Of a stretch of DNA of 64,000 nucleotides, positions 9,353-21,868 are shown one piece after another. Where the stretch lies: assembly GCA_031265845.1 (NCBI GenBank), contig JAISCC010000016.1, positions 2,763-66,762 on the forward strand. The letters run 5' to 3'. This DNA is from Treponema sp. (GTDB lineage Bacteria; Spirochaetota; Spirochaetia; Treponematales; Breznakiellaceae). Numbering within the stretch: the stretch's first letter is position 1; each line of letters starts with the position of its first letter. The position numbers were made by a program, and so were the translations under genes. The notes beneath the pieces were generated by a model. The model had not been told where the DNA came from, searched no databases, and was given only the letters and a program-made list of their open reading frames with translations.

Positions 9353-10528
9353 CTACACATTCGGTATAATTATTTTTTCAATAATGAATGCGGCGGTTTC
9401 ATCAATAGCGTCAAAACTCACCTGTTTGGGAAGCTCAATGGCAAACGCTTTGCGCGTTTTCTCTCTCAAAGCATCCGTATAGGTCAAGACGCCACACTCA
9501 ACGGATTCCACACCGTCAAAGGACAGAGATTTTCTGTTTACCGCTGTCATATCTTCCAGCTTAAACGCCTCTTCATCTATATACGCCTCGCATCGCTTTC
9601 CGTCTACGATCACCGGGTAACCGCCTGTATACCCAAACGCTCCCAGCGAATGGAATGTCCGTCTTTCTTTTTTTATGAACGCATCTATAATGGAACAAAT
9701 AATGTCGAAGTTGCTGGAGGCGTTCATCATATTGCGTTTCGCGTCCACAGGCATGTCTATTTTACAGCGGCTGTACAGCTCTTTTGCATTGAGGTCAAGC
9801 GGATTTCCATTGTAACTGAGCGAAAGCAACGGGTCTGCGTTTTCGGTGTGTCCTTTTTTGCTAATGACAACATCGTGAAAATGCGCCGTCGCAATGCGCA
9901 TTTCAATATTCCAGTAATCTGAAATGCCAGCCATGCCGGCGGCGAATTTAATGCGGGGAACAAGGTGATTGAGGTTGCCGCTTCCAAAATCGGGGTGAGC
10001 TTTTCCCGCGCTTTTGAGCCAAGGGATGACCGCGTCGGAATACGAGGTGTTGATGACAACCGCCTTTGTATCAACAGCATCGCAGGCGGCCATAATTGTT
10101 CGGATATATTTTATGGCAAGCGGCGACCATATACCGTACGCCCGCAGATTATGCCACGATATTGCGCCGTATTTTAACCCTGAATATACACGGCTTGAAT
10201 TGACAATAAAGTCAGGCTTGCTCCGCGCTATACACTGCGCAACCGCATTGAGATTGTCCAGATCGCAACCGGAATCGATCTGAATAGTGGTTCTATTCTG
10301 TCCCCGGATAAGGGAAGCTATCCTGACGATATTGACGTCTGATTCCATACGCGCCTTGTTTCTTCCGGCTGCGACAATTCGCAAGGCCGGCAAGCGCGGC
10401 GACGCGGAAACCAGATAATCCAGCAGATACAAACCCACGCTGCCCAACCCGATTATCATAATTGTTATTGGTTCTTCCCGATTGAGTTTGTTTTTAAGAA
10501 TTTTTAGCCTCTCGTCAAGCGTCTTCAT
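9353..10528 (-). CDS. Saccharopine-dehydrogenase-like NAD(P)-binding oxidoreductase, substrate unknown
   Basis: N-terminal Rossmann motif IMIIGLGSVGLYLLDYL. The ~390 aa size and layout resemble the saccharopine / carboxynorspermidine dehydrogenase family. Last gene of the phosphonate cluster strand. Confidence 0.45.
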   Translation of the reverse strand: MKTLDERLKILKNKLNREEPITIMIIGLGSVGLYLLDYLVSASPRLPALRIVAAGRNKARMESDVNIVRIASLIRGQNRTTIQIDSGCDLDNLNAVAQCIARSKPDFIVNSSRVYSGLKYGAISWHNLRAYGIWSPLAIKYIRTIMAACDAVDTKAVVINTSYSDAVIPWLKSAGKAHPDFGSGNLNHLVPRIKFAAGMAGISDYWNIEMRIATAHFHDVVISKKGHTENADPLLSLSYNGNPLDLNAKELYSRCKIDMPVDAKRNMMNASSNFDIICSIIDAFIKKERRTFHSLGAFGYTGGYPVIVDGKRCEAYIDEEAFKLEDMTAVNRKSLSFDGVESVECGVLTYTDALREKTRKAFAIELPKQVSFDAIDETAAFIIEKIIIPNV

Positions 10529-11012
10529 ATTTTTCCTCCTTCAATGAGCCGCTGATCAACGCTTCTAAAACGTCGTCATAATCATGTATAGTGTTGCAAT
10601 TTATCCATTTTTTCATAGCGACGATTTCTATTTCTTCCGCTGTTTTTCCGGAAAAATAAGCGTTGATTATTTCAAGATTTGTTCCCGCTCGCCGCTTTTC
10701 AGAAAGACGCTTTATGATGGAAAAAAGGCGTTTCGCATCAACAAATTTCCACACTTGCGCTGAATTGTATATGCCAAGAAACGGTTCGTTAATTATAGAA
10801 CGCTTTGTGATCCGTATCATAGAGGTATTTAAAATGGCGGCGCATGTCCTCATAAAGCGCGACCGCTTTTTCCGCCCGAATTGGCGCGGTGTTAATGGTC
10901 AGCGTATCTTTCCGCGCCGCGACAAGTTTGTCAAAATACGCCTTGTCAAAAAACAAATCGCCTTCAACAAAAACAATTTCTTCGGGCGCGTATTTCTCCG
11001 CCGCCTCTACGC
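10515..11012 (-). pseudogene. N-terminally truncated, frameshifted nucleotidyltransferase (LicC/MobA-like fold)
   Basis: Two overlapping frames: ...GVEAAEKYAPEEIVFVEGDLFFDKAYFDKLVAARKDTLTINTAPIRAEKAVALYEDMRRHFKYLYDTDHKAFYN* and ...EPFLGIYNSAQVWKFVDAKRLFSIIKRL...KKWINCNTIHDYDDVLEAL. The GxGxR N-terminus is absent. Confidence 0.45.
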
Positions 11013-11567
11013 CTAAAACAAGGCTGTACCGTAAATCCGGGTGAGCATGGGCCGCTTCTCGTCCTCCCGCCAGTAGTCCCCGGCGATGTTCATCTCCCTG
11101 GTGTTGTGCACGTGGAAACCCCGGCACAGATCGGTCCAGAGAACGGTGCCGGGGGAACCGGTGCTACCTTCGGCGTGGGTGCGGTTTTCGTAGACCGTGA
11201 TCGTTTCCCCCTCGGGCAGATCGCTGATAAGCTCTGTTTTGAAGTCCTCTCCGGCAAAGCACCGCAGAACCTCCTCCCGGCTCAGTTCCACCCGCACAAA
11301 GCCCTAGCGGGAGTCGATAATCGCCTTCATCTCCGCCTCGATGCGGGGAAGGTACTCCGCCGTGAAGGGACTTGCCGCCGGTGCTTTTGGGGAAGGCGAA
11401 ATCGTAGTAAAAACCGTTTTCGATGGAGTACCCGATGGCAACTTTGGTTCATGGATAGAGCCGGGTAACCGCCTGGCTATGACATGACTAACGGAATGAC
11501 GGATACGGTCAAGTTTTTCACCGTGGGGCAGGATTTTATCGGAAGACTGGGAGACTGAATCGGACAT
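11013..11567 (-). pseudogene. Fragment of threonyl-tRNA synthetase (N2 editing / second additional domain), several frameshifts and a TGA
   Basis: LDRIRHSVSHVIA..., an alternate frame with QAVTRLYP*TKVAIGYSIENGFYYDF, then LPRIEAEMKAII, ELSREEVLRCF, DLCRGFHVHNTREMNIAGDYWREDEKRPMLTRIYGTALF. This matches E. coli ThrRS residues ~70-242. No catalytic core follows. Confidence 0.65.
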
Positions 11568-11841
11568 GGGGAATACCTCTCTGTTCGCGGCCCGTTTGCG
11601 GCGGAACCGGGCACATTATAGGGACGAACGGCACTTCCAGCCCATAATGCACAGTCTCTCTTGCTCCGTTCCTGACGCTTACTCGTCTCCCTTGAGCCTT
11701 TAGAACACTATGGCCTGTTTCCAAGACGATATCAAGGCCCGCGCTACTTCACGGAAAATGTTATCAAAATTATCATAATTATCATATAGAGTGTTCGATA
11801 ACTTCAGTTATCGAACAAGTCCAATGTAAACCCCATATTGC

Positions 11842-11870
11842 GGGTCAAGTTTGGCGCGTTAGGGCGGGGC
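11842..11870. repeat. Solo copy of the RAYT-unit terminal repeat
   Basis: GGGTCAAGTTTGGCGCGTTAGGGCGGGGC shares GGTCAAGTTT and AGGGCGGGG with the right repeat at 9142-9169. It is followed by the hairpin GCGGGG-cgttaga-CCCCGC. Confidence 0.5.
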
Positions 11871-11919
11871 GTTAGACCCCGCGCGAATAAACATGCCGCC
11901 TGCACCCGGCAATCGTCAT

Positions 11920-14896
<2,977 letters not shown>

Positions 14897-14914
14897 GGCT
14901 CGCCCTTCTGTTCA

Positions 14915-16225
14915 TTACTTTCCGCCCGGTATAAGCTCTAAAATCTGTTTGATAGGCATACACAACCGGTCCGCCTCAAGCGAGCGTCCGTTTTTAAGGA
15001 TCGTCTCCGCCGTTTGCATCATGGCGGGGTACGACGCGCGAAGCATGTGGTTTGCGTAAATGACAATGTTCGCCCCCCACCCGGCAAGTTCCTGTTCCGT
15101 ATACTGATTGTATGTCGTCGGCACCAGCACAAGAGGGACATGTTCATATTCGCTCCTAAATTGTCCGCAAAAGGCGCGGATATCCTCGCCGGATGTTTCC
15201 TTGCTGTGAATCATAACGCCATCCGCTCCTGCGGCGACGTATGCCCTTGCGCGTTCCAGCGCGTCAGACACCGGAAAACCGGCTATGAGACTTTCAAGCC
15301 GCGCGATAACCATAAAGTCATTTGTAACCTGGGCGCGTTTGCCCGCGCTGATCTTTTCGCAGAATTCCGGAATTGGGCATAGCTCCTGTGTCACTTCAGC
15401 GCCAAAGAGCGAATTCTTTTTTAGCCCTATCTTGTCTTCTATTATCACCGCGCTGACACCGTTCCGCTCAAGCGTCCTCACGGTGAACACAAAATGTTCG
15501 CTTTTGCCTCCGGTGTCACCATCGAAGACAATGGGTTTTGTCGTACATTCAAGAACATCGGTCAACCCCTGCAAACGGGTGGTTAGGTCCACCGCCTCAA
15601 TATCCGGCTTTCCTTTGCTGGTGGAATCGGTCAGACTCGACGACCACATGCCGTCAAAGCTGCGCGTTCCGTTTTCTTTCACCATTTCAAGACGCTCCAC
15701 AATAAGAGCGGAAAGACCGGAGTGCGCCTCCATGATCCGCAAGAACGGCTTTGCGTCAAGCAACCGCCGCAACGCCTTGAGCCTGATGTCAGGCGTCGTT
15801 CCGATGGAGCGCACGGCTTCGTTCAGCGCGGAAGAGTCAACGCCCTGCGTATAAGGGACTTCAATGACCTCGCCGCCCAATTCTTTCATTACGGCGAACA
15901 CTTCCTCACGCATTTTTTGTTCCGGCCCGATTTTCCAGTCATCTCCATGAATTATCGCATCTGGCTTGTACGCGCGCAAATTCGGCGCATAACTCCATTC
16001 TTTCTGGGGAACAACCCGCGCCACTCCTTTTATACGTTCTATTATTTGCCGACGCTGTTCATAGTTGAGAAAGGGCAGTCTTTTATGCGCGGCGATGGCG
16101 GAATCTGTAAGGAGTCCAACCAGTACATCTCCATATTTCTCTCCTTCGCAGATAATATTTATGATGCCCGGATGAATGATGTCCCCCCTCATCCCAAGAT
16201 ATACGGTTTTCCTCTTTTCAGACAT
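14915..16225 (-). CDS. pepM: Phosphoenolpyruvate mutase with N-terminal cytidylyltransferase-like domain
   Basis: C-terminal PEP mutase (LRIMEAHSGLSALIVE, EDKIGLKKNSLFG). The N-terminal ~130 aa is TagD-like, but HxGH reads HPGI and RTxGISTT reads YTQGVDSS. Confidence 0.85.
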   Translation of the reverse strand: MSEKRKTVYLGMRGDIIHPGIINIICEGEKYGDVLVGLLTDSAIAAHKRLPFLNYEQRRQIIERIKGVARVVPQKEWSYAPNLRAYKPDAIIHGDDWKIGPEQKMREEVFAVMKELGGEVIEVPYTQGVDSSALNEAVRSIGTTPDIRLKALRRLLDAKPFLRIMEAHSGLSALIVERLEMVKENGTRSFDGMWSSSLTDSTSKGKPDIEAVDLTTRLQGLTDVLECTTKPIVFDGDTGGKSEHFVFTVRTLERNGVSAVIIEDKIGLKKNSLFGAEVTQELCPIPEFCEKISAGKRAQVTNDFMVIARLESLIAGFPVSDALERARAYVAAGADGVMIHSKETSGEDIRAFCGQFRSEYEHVPLVLVPTTYNQYTEQELAGWGANIVIYANHMLRASYPAMMQTAETILKNGRSLEADRLCMPIKQILELIPGGK

Positions 16226-16276
16226 AATTTTTCCTTAAAAAACTGATGATATACAACAACTTTATAATACTTGCCG

Positions 16277-16318
16277 TCAAAAGTCAAGCGTTCATGCGCA
16301 CGGACGCTTGACTTTTGA
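16277..16318. promoter_or_regulatory. Perfect 15-bp inverted repeat about 50 nt upstream of the pepM start
   Basis: TCAAAAGTCAAGCGT - 12 nt - ACGCTTGACTTTTGA, inside a ~520-nt non-coding region between ftsK and pepM. Confidence 0.35.
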
Positions 16319-16744
16319 ATGAAATGTCATTAAAGTTTAATCCATACCGTCGTTTCTTTACACCTTCATTCTTTTTTCGCTTGATGAATTTATTGAGTTG
16401 TCGCGGTTGTTTGTATATAAGACGTTTCATGCCCCCGCGATTGCGGTTCTAGGCGTAAGCGCCATAGTAAGGCGTCTGTACGCCGCCGCTTTATGCTGTC
16501 GCCGAGAAACGCCGGCAGTTCGAACGGGCGATTCAAAACGCCTTAAACCGAAAATTGACGTTAATTAAAGCGGTTTTCTCCGGGGGGCGAGCAGTATATG
16601 ATCCTTTCAACCTGTCGCCGGCAGAATCACTATCATCTTGTTTGCGCGATTAGAAGCTCTTTGGGCCTGTTGATTCAGATTCCATTCTTTATCGCCGCAT
16701 TCTTATTCAGTGTTGACCAGCTTTGCAATACCGGCCGCGCCGCG

Positions 16745-19561
16745 CTAAACGCCCCGTAACAATTCCCTGGGTTTCGAGCCTTGCGCCGGACCAACCAACC
16801 CCCGCTGTTCCATCATTTCCACGAGCCGGGCGGCTCTGTTATAACCTATCTTGAGGCGGCGCTGTATGTAGCTCGCGCTCGCCTTCCCTTGTTGCAACAC
16901 AATTTCCCACGCCTTTTCGTAGAGCGGGTCTTCGCCTTCGCCAAAAACATCAGGTTCTACGCCTTCTTCATCGTCAAAGAAAATTTCATCGTCAATATAA
17001 TCAGGCTCGCCAAGCGTTTTGACGTATTCGACCACCCGCTCGACTTCCTCTTCCGAAATAAACGCCCCCTGCATACGGATGGGGAAGGGATCGACCACGC
17101 CTGCGTAAAGCATGTCGCCTTTGCCCAGCAGTTTTTCCGCGCCAACCATATCAATGATGATGCGGCTGTCCATCTTGCTTGCCACCATGAACGCGATGCG
17201 GCTGGGAATATTCGCCTTGATGAGACCGGTGATGACATCAATGGACGGACGCTGGGTCGCAAGCACAAGGTGAATGCCCACGGCGCGGCTCATGGCGGCT
17301 AAACGCGCCACAGTGGACTCAAGCTCTTTGCCGGTGGTCGCCATGAGATCCGCAAATTCATCAATAACCACAACGATGTACGGCATGTGTTCCGTGGCTA
17401 TGTTCCGCTCTTTTATGCGCCTGTTGTAACTCTTTATGTCCCGTACGCCCATTGAATCAAGGCAAGCGTAGCGCCGTTCCATTTCGCAGATGCAGTACTG
17501 GAGCGCCTGAAACGCCTTCTTGGGCTCGGTAATCACCGGTGTCAGGAGGTGCGGAATATCGTTGTACAGTTTGAGCTCCACGATCTTCGGATCAATGAGG
17601 ATGAGCCGCACTTCTGAAGGCGAGCGTTGGTACAAAATGGAAAGAATCAAAGCGTTTACGCATACGGACTTGCCCGAACCGGTGGCTCCGGCTATGAGGA
17701 GGTGGGGCATCTGGGTAAGATCAACAGTTTGCGACTCGCCGGTGATGTCTTTGCCCAGCACAACCGGAATTCCCAATCGCTTCCCGTCATGTTCATGTTC
17801 CAGCCTGTCTTCTATGATTTCGGCGAAAGACACGATGTTCCGCTTGACATTCGGCACTTCAATGCCCACCGCATGTTTGCCGGGAATAGGAGCGACGATG
17901 CGCACGGACTGAGCCGCGAGGCGAAGCGCGATGTTGTCTTGCAGGTTGACGATTTTCGAGAGCTTCACTCCGGGCGCGGGCAGTATCTCGAACATCGTGA
18001 TGACCGGGCCCTTGCGTATGCCGGTAACTTCCGCATGAATCTTAAATTCATTGAGCGTTCTTTTGAGGATTTCCGCAGCATCCTGCGTCGCCTTGTCAAT
18101 AATCCAGTACTGTCCGTCAGGATAGTCGTTGAGGATGCCCAGTATGGGTATCTGATAGCTCTTCCATTTCCTTGGCAAAGCCGCGTGGATCACCGGAGAT
18201 CGCGGCGCGGGCGGAACGGCTGAGGCGGCTGTCGCTTGTTCCCTTTTTTTTTCCGCGCCGCGTTTGGCCGCATCCGAGTCAGACTCTTCAGAATGTCTCC
18301 CGCCGCCGGTGATTTCATCCGGATCGTGTTCAAAGGGCTCTGGCAGATCGACATACGCCGTAGGCGCCGGTGGCACGGCTTCCACTTCTCTGTCTTGAGG
18401 CTGGCGTACGGGACGCACGGACTTTTGCGGATAATTCGCGTCATCGGTGATTTCTTCGGGACGGTAATCAAACGGTATGGGAATGTCAACGTACATCACG
18501 GACGGCGATACCGGAGGCTGCGCCGGAAGTGGAACCGGTTTCGCCAGAGGGCGCGAGTTTTCCGCATTTGCGGACGGAGCGCCCGTCGTTGCGGAGGATT
18601 TCTCCCGTTCGCAGTCCTTTACATATTCCTCCTTGTCATCCATGCCGTCCGCATCGCGTCGCTTTTCAGGATAGACCGCGCCGTCGGTGATTTCTTCCGG
18701 TTTGTAATCAAATATATCGGGAATGTCAGCGTATGCGGCAGGCTGATCGCCGGCGTCTTTACTGTCATTCTCGCCTGGTTTTGCTTTTCCTTTTTCAATC
18801 GTTTTGTTTAATTCATTGAAGGCTTGCGCGCTGCTCAAAGGCTTTGGAGATGGGAGGTCTATCTCCATGCCATTCTCATCATACAAATCATGCAAAACAG
18901 CCGCGGAGGGCTGCGCTTCCTCTTCACCAGATTCTTCTGGTACGACAGCCTCTCTATTTATAATGGTCAGAAATTTTGTCTTCCGGCTTTTGCCTGAGGG
19001 TTTGTTTTGAAACGAAGCGTTGTTTTTCGCGGCAGGCGAGTCCACAGAGGAGTCATAGGGGGATAATTCAGGCGTTTCCGTTGCGTCCGGGTTTTCTTTT
19101 TGAAACAGCGCTTCGTTAAGGATAAGAATGACGATGAGTTCAATAAGTATACAGAACAATATGATGCAGATGTACCCCACTCTGCCAGTCAGTTGCAGAA
19201 AATCGGAGCTTTCAGCCAATTCATCAAAAAGGTGAAAATAATTATAACCAATAGCCAATGTCACAAACGGCGCCAGCGATGCGCCTAATGTAAATATGCG
19301 CGCCGGCTTGTACACCGGGTCAATTAACAGGATGGCTCCCCAAAGGCAGTACACCGGTATGGCAAACGCCAGAATTCCATAGGCGTTTGCAAAGAAAGCG
19401 CCCAGAGGCGCCGCGACATTCGGTATATCGAACAAGCCGTCCGCTATGGCGAACCCTGTATAGAGGGCAAAAATAAACAAAGCCCCAGCCCCCGCCAATG
19501 AACCTATACGGAAGGGAGAGATATGAGAACCTGATTGTTGTTGAGGATCACCGCTTTTCAA
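16745..19561 (-). CDS. ftsK: DNA translocase FtsK/SpoIIIE
   Basis: N-terminal TM segments, long Pro/Glu-rich linker, motor domain with GATGSGKSV Walker A, C-terminal gamma wHTH (ASASYIQRRLKIGYNRAARLVE). Confidence 0.9.
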   Translation of the reverse strand: MKSGDPQQQSGSHISPFRIGSLAGAGALFIFALYTGFAIADGLFDIPNVAAPLGAFFANAYGILAFAIPVYCLWGAILLIDPVYKPARIFTLGASLAPFVTLAIGYNYFHLFDELAESSDFLQLTGRVGYICIILFCILIELIVILILNEALFQKENPDATETPELSPYDSSVDSPAAKNNASFQNKPSGKSRKTKFLTIINREAVVPEESGEEEAQPSAAVLHDLYDENGMEIDLPSPKPLSSAQAFNELNKTIEKGKAKPGENDSKDAGDQPAAYADIPDIFDYKPEEITDGAVYPEKRRDADGMDDKEEYVKDCEREKSSATTGAPSANAENSRPLAKPVPLPAQPPVSPSVMYVDIPIPFDYRPEEITDDANYPQKSVRPVRQPQDREVEAVPPAPTAYVDLPEPFEHDPDEITGGGRHSEESDSDAAKRGAEKKREQATAASAVPPAPRSPVIHAALPRKWKSYQIPILGILNDYPDGQYWIIDKATQDAAEILKRTLNEFKIHAEVTGIRKGPVITMFEILPAPGVKLSKIVNLQDNIALRLAAQSVRIVAPIPGKHAVGIEVPNVKRNIVSFAEIIEDRLEHEHDGKRLGIPVVLGKDITGESQTVDLTQMPHLLIAGATGSGKSVCVNALILSILYQRSPSEVRLILIDPKIVELKLYNDIPHLLTPVITEPKKAFQALQYCICEMERRYACLDSMGVRDIKSYNRRIKERNIATEHMPYIVVVIDEFADLMATTGKELESTVARLAAMSRAVGIHLVLATQRPSIDVITGLIKANIPSRIAFMVASKMDSRIIIDMVGAEKLLGKGDMLYAGVVDPFPIRMQGAFISEEEVERVVEYVKTLGEPDYIDDEIFFDDEEGVEPDVFGEGEDPLYEKAWEIVLQQGKASASYIQRRLKIGYNRAARLVEMMEQRGLVGPAQGSKPRELLRGV

Positions 19562-19593
19562 TCGTACTACCTTGACACCCTTAAACGTCCGTA

Positions 19594-21843
19594 TTAGAGA
19601 CGTCTTTTTTTCAAAATATCGGCAGAAATATCTTCCATCTTCACGTTATAATACATGTAGCCGTAAGCCGCCGCCGCCGCCGCAACCCGTTTGCCGTATT
19701 CCCGGGTTTCGGTTATGCTTATAGTTTCCAAAAACAGATCATCGGGCAACAATGGTTCTGCGGCGCGGAGCCGCCTCACTCTAGTTGGCCCCCCGTTGTA
19801 TCCGAGCAGGGCCAAGAGAACGGCGTCCGTCCGCCCGATAAGGTGCGCAAGGTAATACGAGCCGATGTGTACGTTTACCTCCGGGTCTTTCAAATTCAGA
19901 CCTGCTTTCAGGTAATCGGGACCTCCCTCATTGCGTATGCGCTCCGCCATTTCTACGCCCGTAAGGTCCATTATTTGGGTGAGACCTTCGGCTCCCGCCG
20001 ATGAAACCGCAGACGCCTCAAACGCGCTTTCCGTATGAATAAGCCCAAACAGCGTGGCTTCGCTTATATTCGCCTGTTCCGCATATTTTTCTATTATAGC
20101 ATAAAACGGTCTGGGATAATAGAGGAACATATCGGAAAACGTAAAAGAATATTCTTTTGTTTTCATATATGAACTGGCGAGGCGTATGGATTCATAGTAT
20201 TGACCGTCATCGGCAAGGGCTTGAGCCAGTATGCGCGATTCGTCTATGGTCAACGCCGACGCCGACCGCTGAATATAGGGAAACGCATAGCGTGAGGCGC
20301 CATAGTTAAAAAAGCCAAGCAGAAAGTCCAAGAGTCCGGCTTGCCCCGCCTCCCCTTCATCATTTTTTTTGGCCTTTTTCTTTTTTTCAGCCGCCTTGAG
20401 CTTTTCGGGTTGTTCCGTAAAGACATGTTTCCCAAGACGCGAGGCGCTGAGCGTCCGGTAATAAAAAGAAGCGGTTTGCTCCTCATAGGCTAACCTGAAA
20501 AAAGAGCCTGCGGAGCCATCTAATCCCGTATACGCCGCGGCTTTCGCCGCCGGCATGTAGCCTTCGGAAATGATCCTGCCAATGATGTAGGCGTATTGCG
20601 CTATTATCGCGCCGTCGGCGTATTGCGCGCCATTCACGCTTCTGATGCAACTAAAAATTTCCAACAGCTTGGTCCATGAATGGCTCGCCACAACAGCTTG
20701 GCATAATTCACCTAAAACATCAGAAAAGTAGGACGCCTCGTTCCATTGGTTTGCGTAAATACGGAGCAGGGGGATCGCTTTTTCAGGAGACTGTTTAAAC
20801 GCGACATCCAAAATGTACCAGATGCAGGCGTCTTCCTGTTCCGCGTCCGGCGCGAAAACCAGGGAGCGGGTGAAATAGTCAGAGGCTTCGCTCCAATGGG
20901 ACGCCTGACGCTCCATTCTTCCCGCGAAAAACAGCAGGTTGTACCGCGCATGAGCGGTTTTTTCCCATTCTTTTTTGGTGCGCACCCATTCCTGCATCGT
21001 GTTGTCCCATGCGGTGAAGAGCTTGACGCCTTCCGCTCCCGCGCCTGCGTATTGAAAACAGCGTCCTAAATCCGCTATGAGCGCCGGATTCTTGAAAAAA
21101 AGCGTGTGATCCTGCGCAATGATCTTGCGAAATGTTCCGATAGCCCCCCCATACGACCTTCGCGCCGTTTCAAAATGTCCTTCTATTGCCCATCTCTCAG
21201 TCTCGTTAAAAACAGAGGCGGCCCCCTCCCATTCCGACGCCTCTCTGTATGTCCATGTGTGTACGTCCGCGACCGTTCCGTCCAGCAGAAATTGAAACAG
21301 TTCCTGTGAAACGTCCCCTCCCAATTTAAGCGTAGAGAGAAGATAGAAGGCTCTGTCCCACAGTTGATCGCCGGACGAGGCGCTCCGCGCGCCAATCATA
21401 TCTCCGGTAAAATACAAAACGGCGGCTTTCAATGGCGGCGGGGCCGCGCCGCCTGTCGCCTCAAGAAGACTTGCCGCAAGACCCGGATCATCCATCATAA
21501 AAGCGAAGAGTTCATGTGAGGCGGCTTCCTGAACCTGCGTTGAAGGGGAAGAGAGCGCCGTCATGAAAAGGTTGATCGTCCGCAATTTCGGCGCGGCTTC
21601 TTCCGTTTTCATCAACAGAGCCGCGTAAAAAGGGGCGGAAGGGTGAATATAGGTTATTTCCCGCATTTTTTCCGGTTCCGCTTCCAGTATGAAAGTTACA
21701 TCGCCTTTTTTCAGGCGCTTTTCCGCTTCTTGCATGGTTATATCAAATGCCAGTTCAGCCTCGCTCTTGCACGAGTAAAAAAAGAGCGTGGATACAAGAA
21801 GCAATGGAAAAAAAATTTTCTTGCGGCGCGACCGGGTTTTCAT
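19594..21843 (-). CDS. Soluble lytic murein transglycosylase (Slt70-like) lipoprotein
   Basis: Lipobox LFFYSC, long helical superhelix region, C-terminal SLT domain HTESAFEASAVSSAGAEGLTQIM ... YNGGP. Confidence 0.75.
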   Translation of the reverse strand: MKTRSRRKKIFFPLLLVSTLFFYSCKSEAELAFDITMQEAEKRLKKGDVTFILEAEPEKMREITYIHPSAPFYAALLMKTEEAAPKLRTINLFMTALSSPSTQVQEAASHELFAFMMDDPGLAASLLEATGGAAPPPLKAAVLYFTGDMIGARSASSGDQLWDRAFYLLSTLKLGGDVSQELFQFLLDGTVADVHTWTYREASEWEGAASVFNETERWAIEGHFETARRSYGGAIGTFRKIIAQDHTLFFKNPALIADLGRCFQYAGAGAEGVKLFTAWDNTMQEWVRTKKEWEKTAHARYNLLFFAGRMERQASHWSEASDYFTRSLVFAPDAEQEDACIWYILDVAFKQSPEKAIPLLRIYANQWNEASYFSDVLGELCQAVVASHSWTKLLEIFSCIRSVNGAQYADGAIIAQYAYIIGRIISEGYMPAAKAAAYTGLDGSAGSFFRLAYEEQTASFYYRTLSASRLGKHVFTEQPEKLKAAEKKKKAKKNDEGEAGQAGLLDFLLGFFNYGASRYAFPYIQRSASALTIDESRILAQALADDGQYYESIRLASSYMKTKEYSFTFSDMFLYYPRPFYAIIEKYAEQANISEATLFGLIHTESAFEASAVSSAGAEGLTQIMDLTGVEMAERIRNEGGPDYLKAGLNLKDPEVNVHIGSYYLAHLIGRTDAVLLALLGYNGGPTRVRRLRAAEPLLPDDLFLETISITETREYGKRVAAAAAAYGYMYYNVKMEDISADILKKRRL

Positions 21844-21868
21844 GTTCTCAAATCACCTTCTTGCAAGC

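Noticed and set aside
9281-9922. 213-aa plus-strand ORF
   Set aside because: It lies antisense within the 391-aa dehydrogenase-like gene and has no motifs.
16284-16430. 48-codon basic ORF (MKRLIYKQPRQLNKF...) upstream of pepM
   Set aside because: No usable ribosome-binding site (GGGGG abuts the ATG), and the ORF runs into the inverted repeat. It is probably fortuitous.
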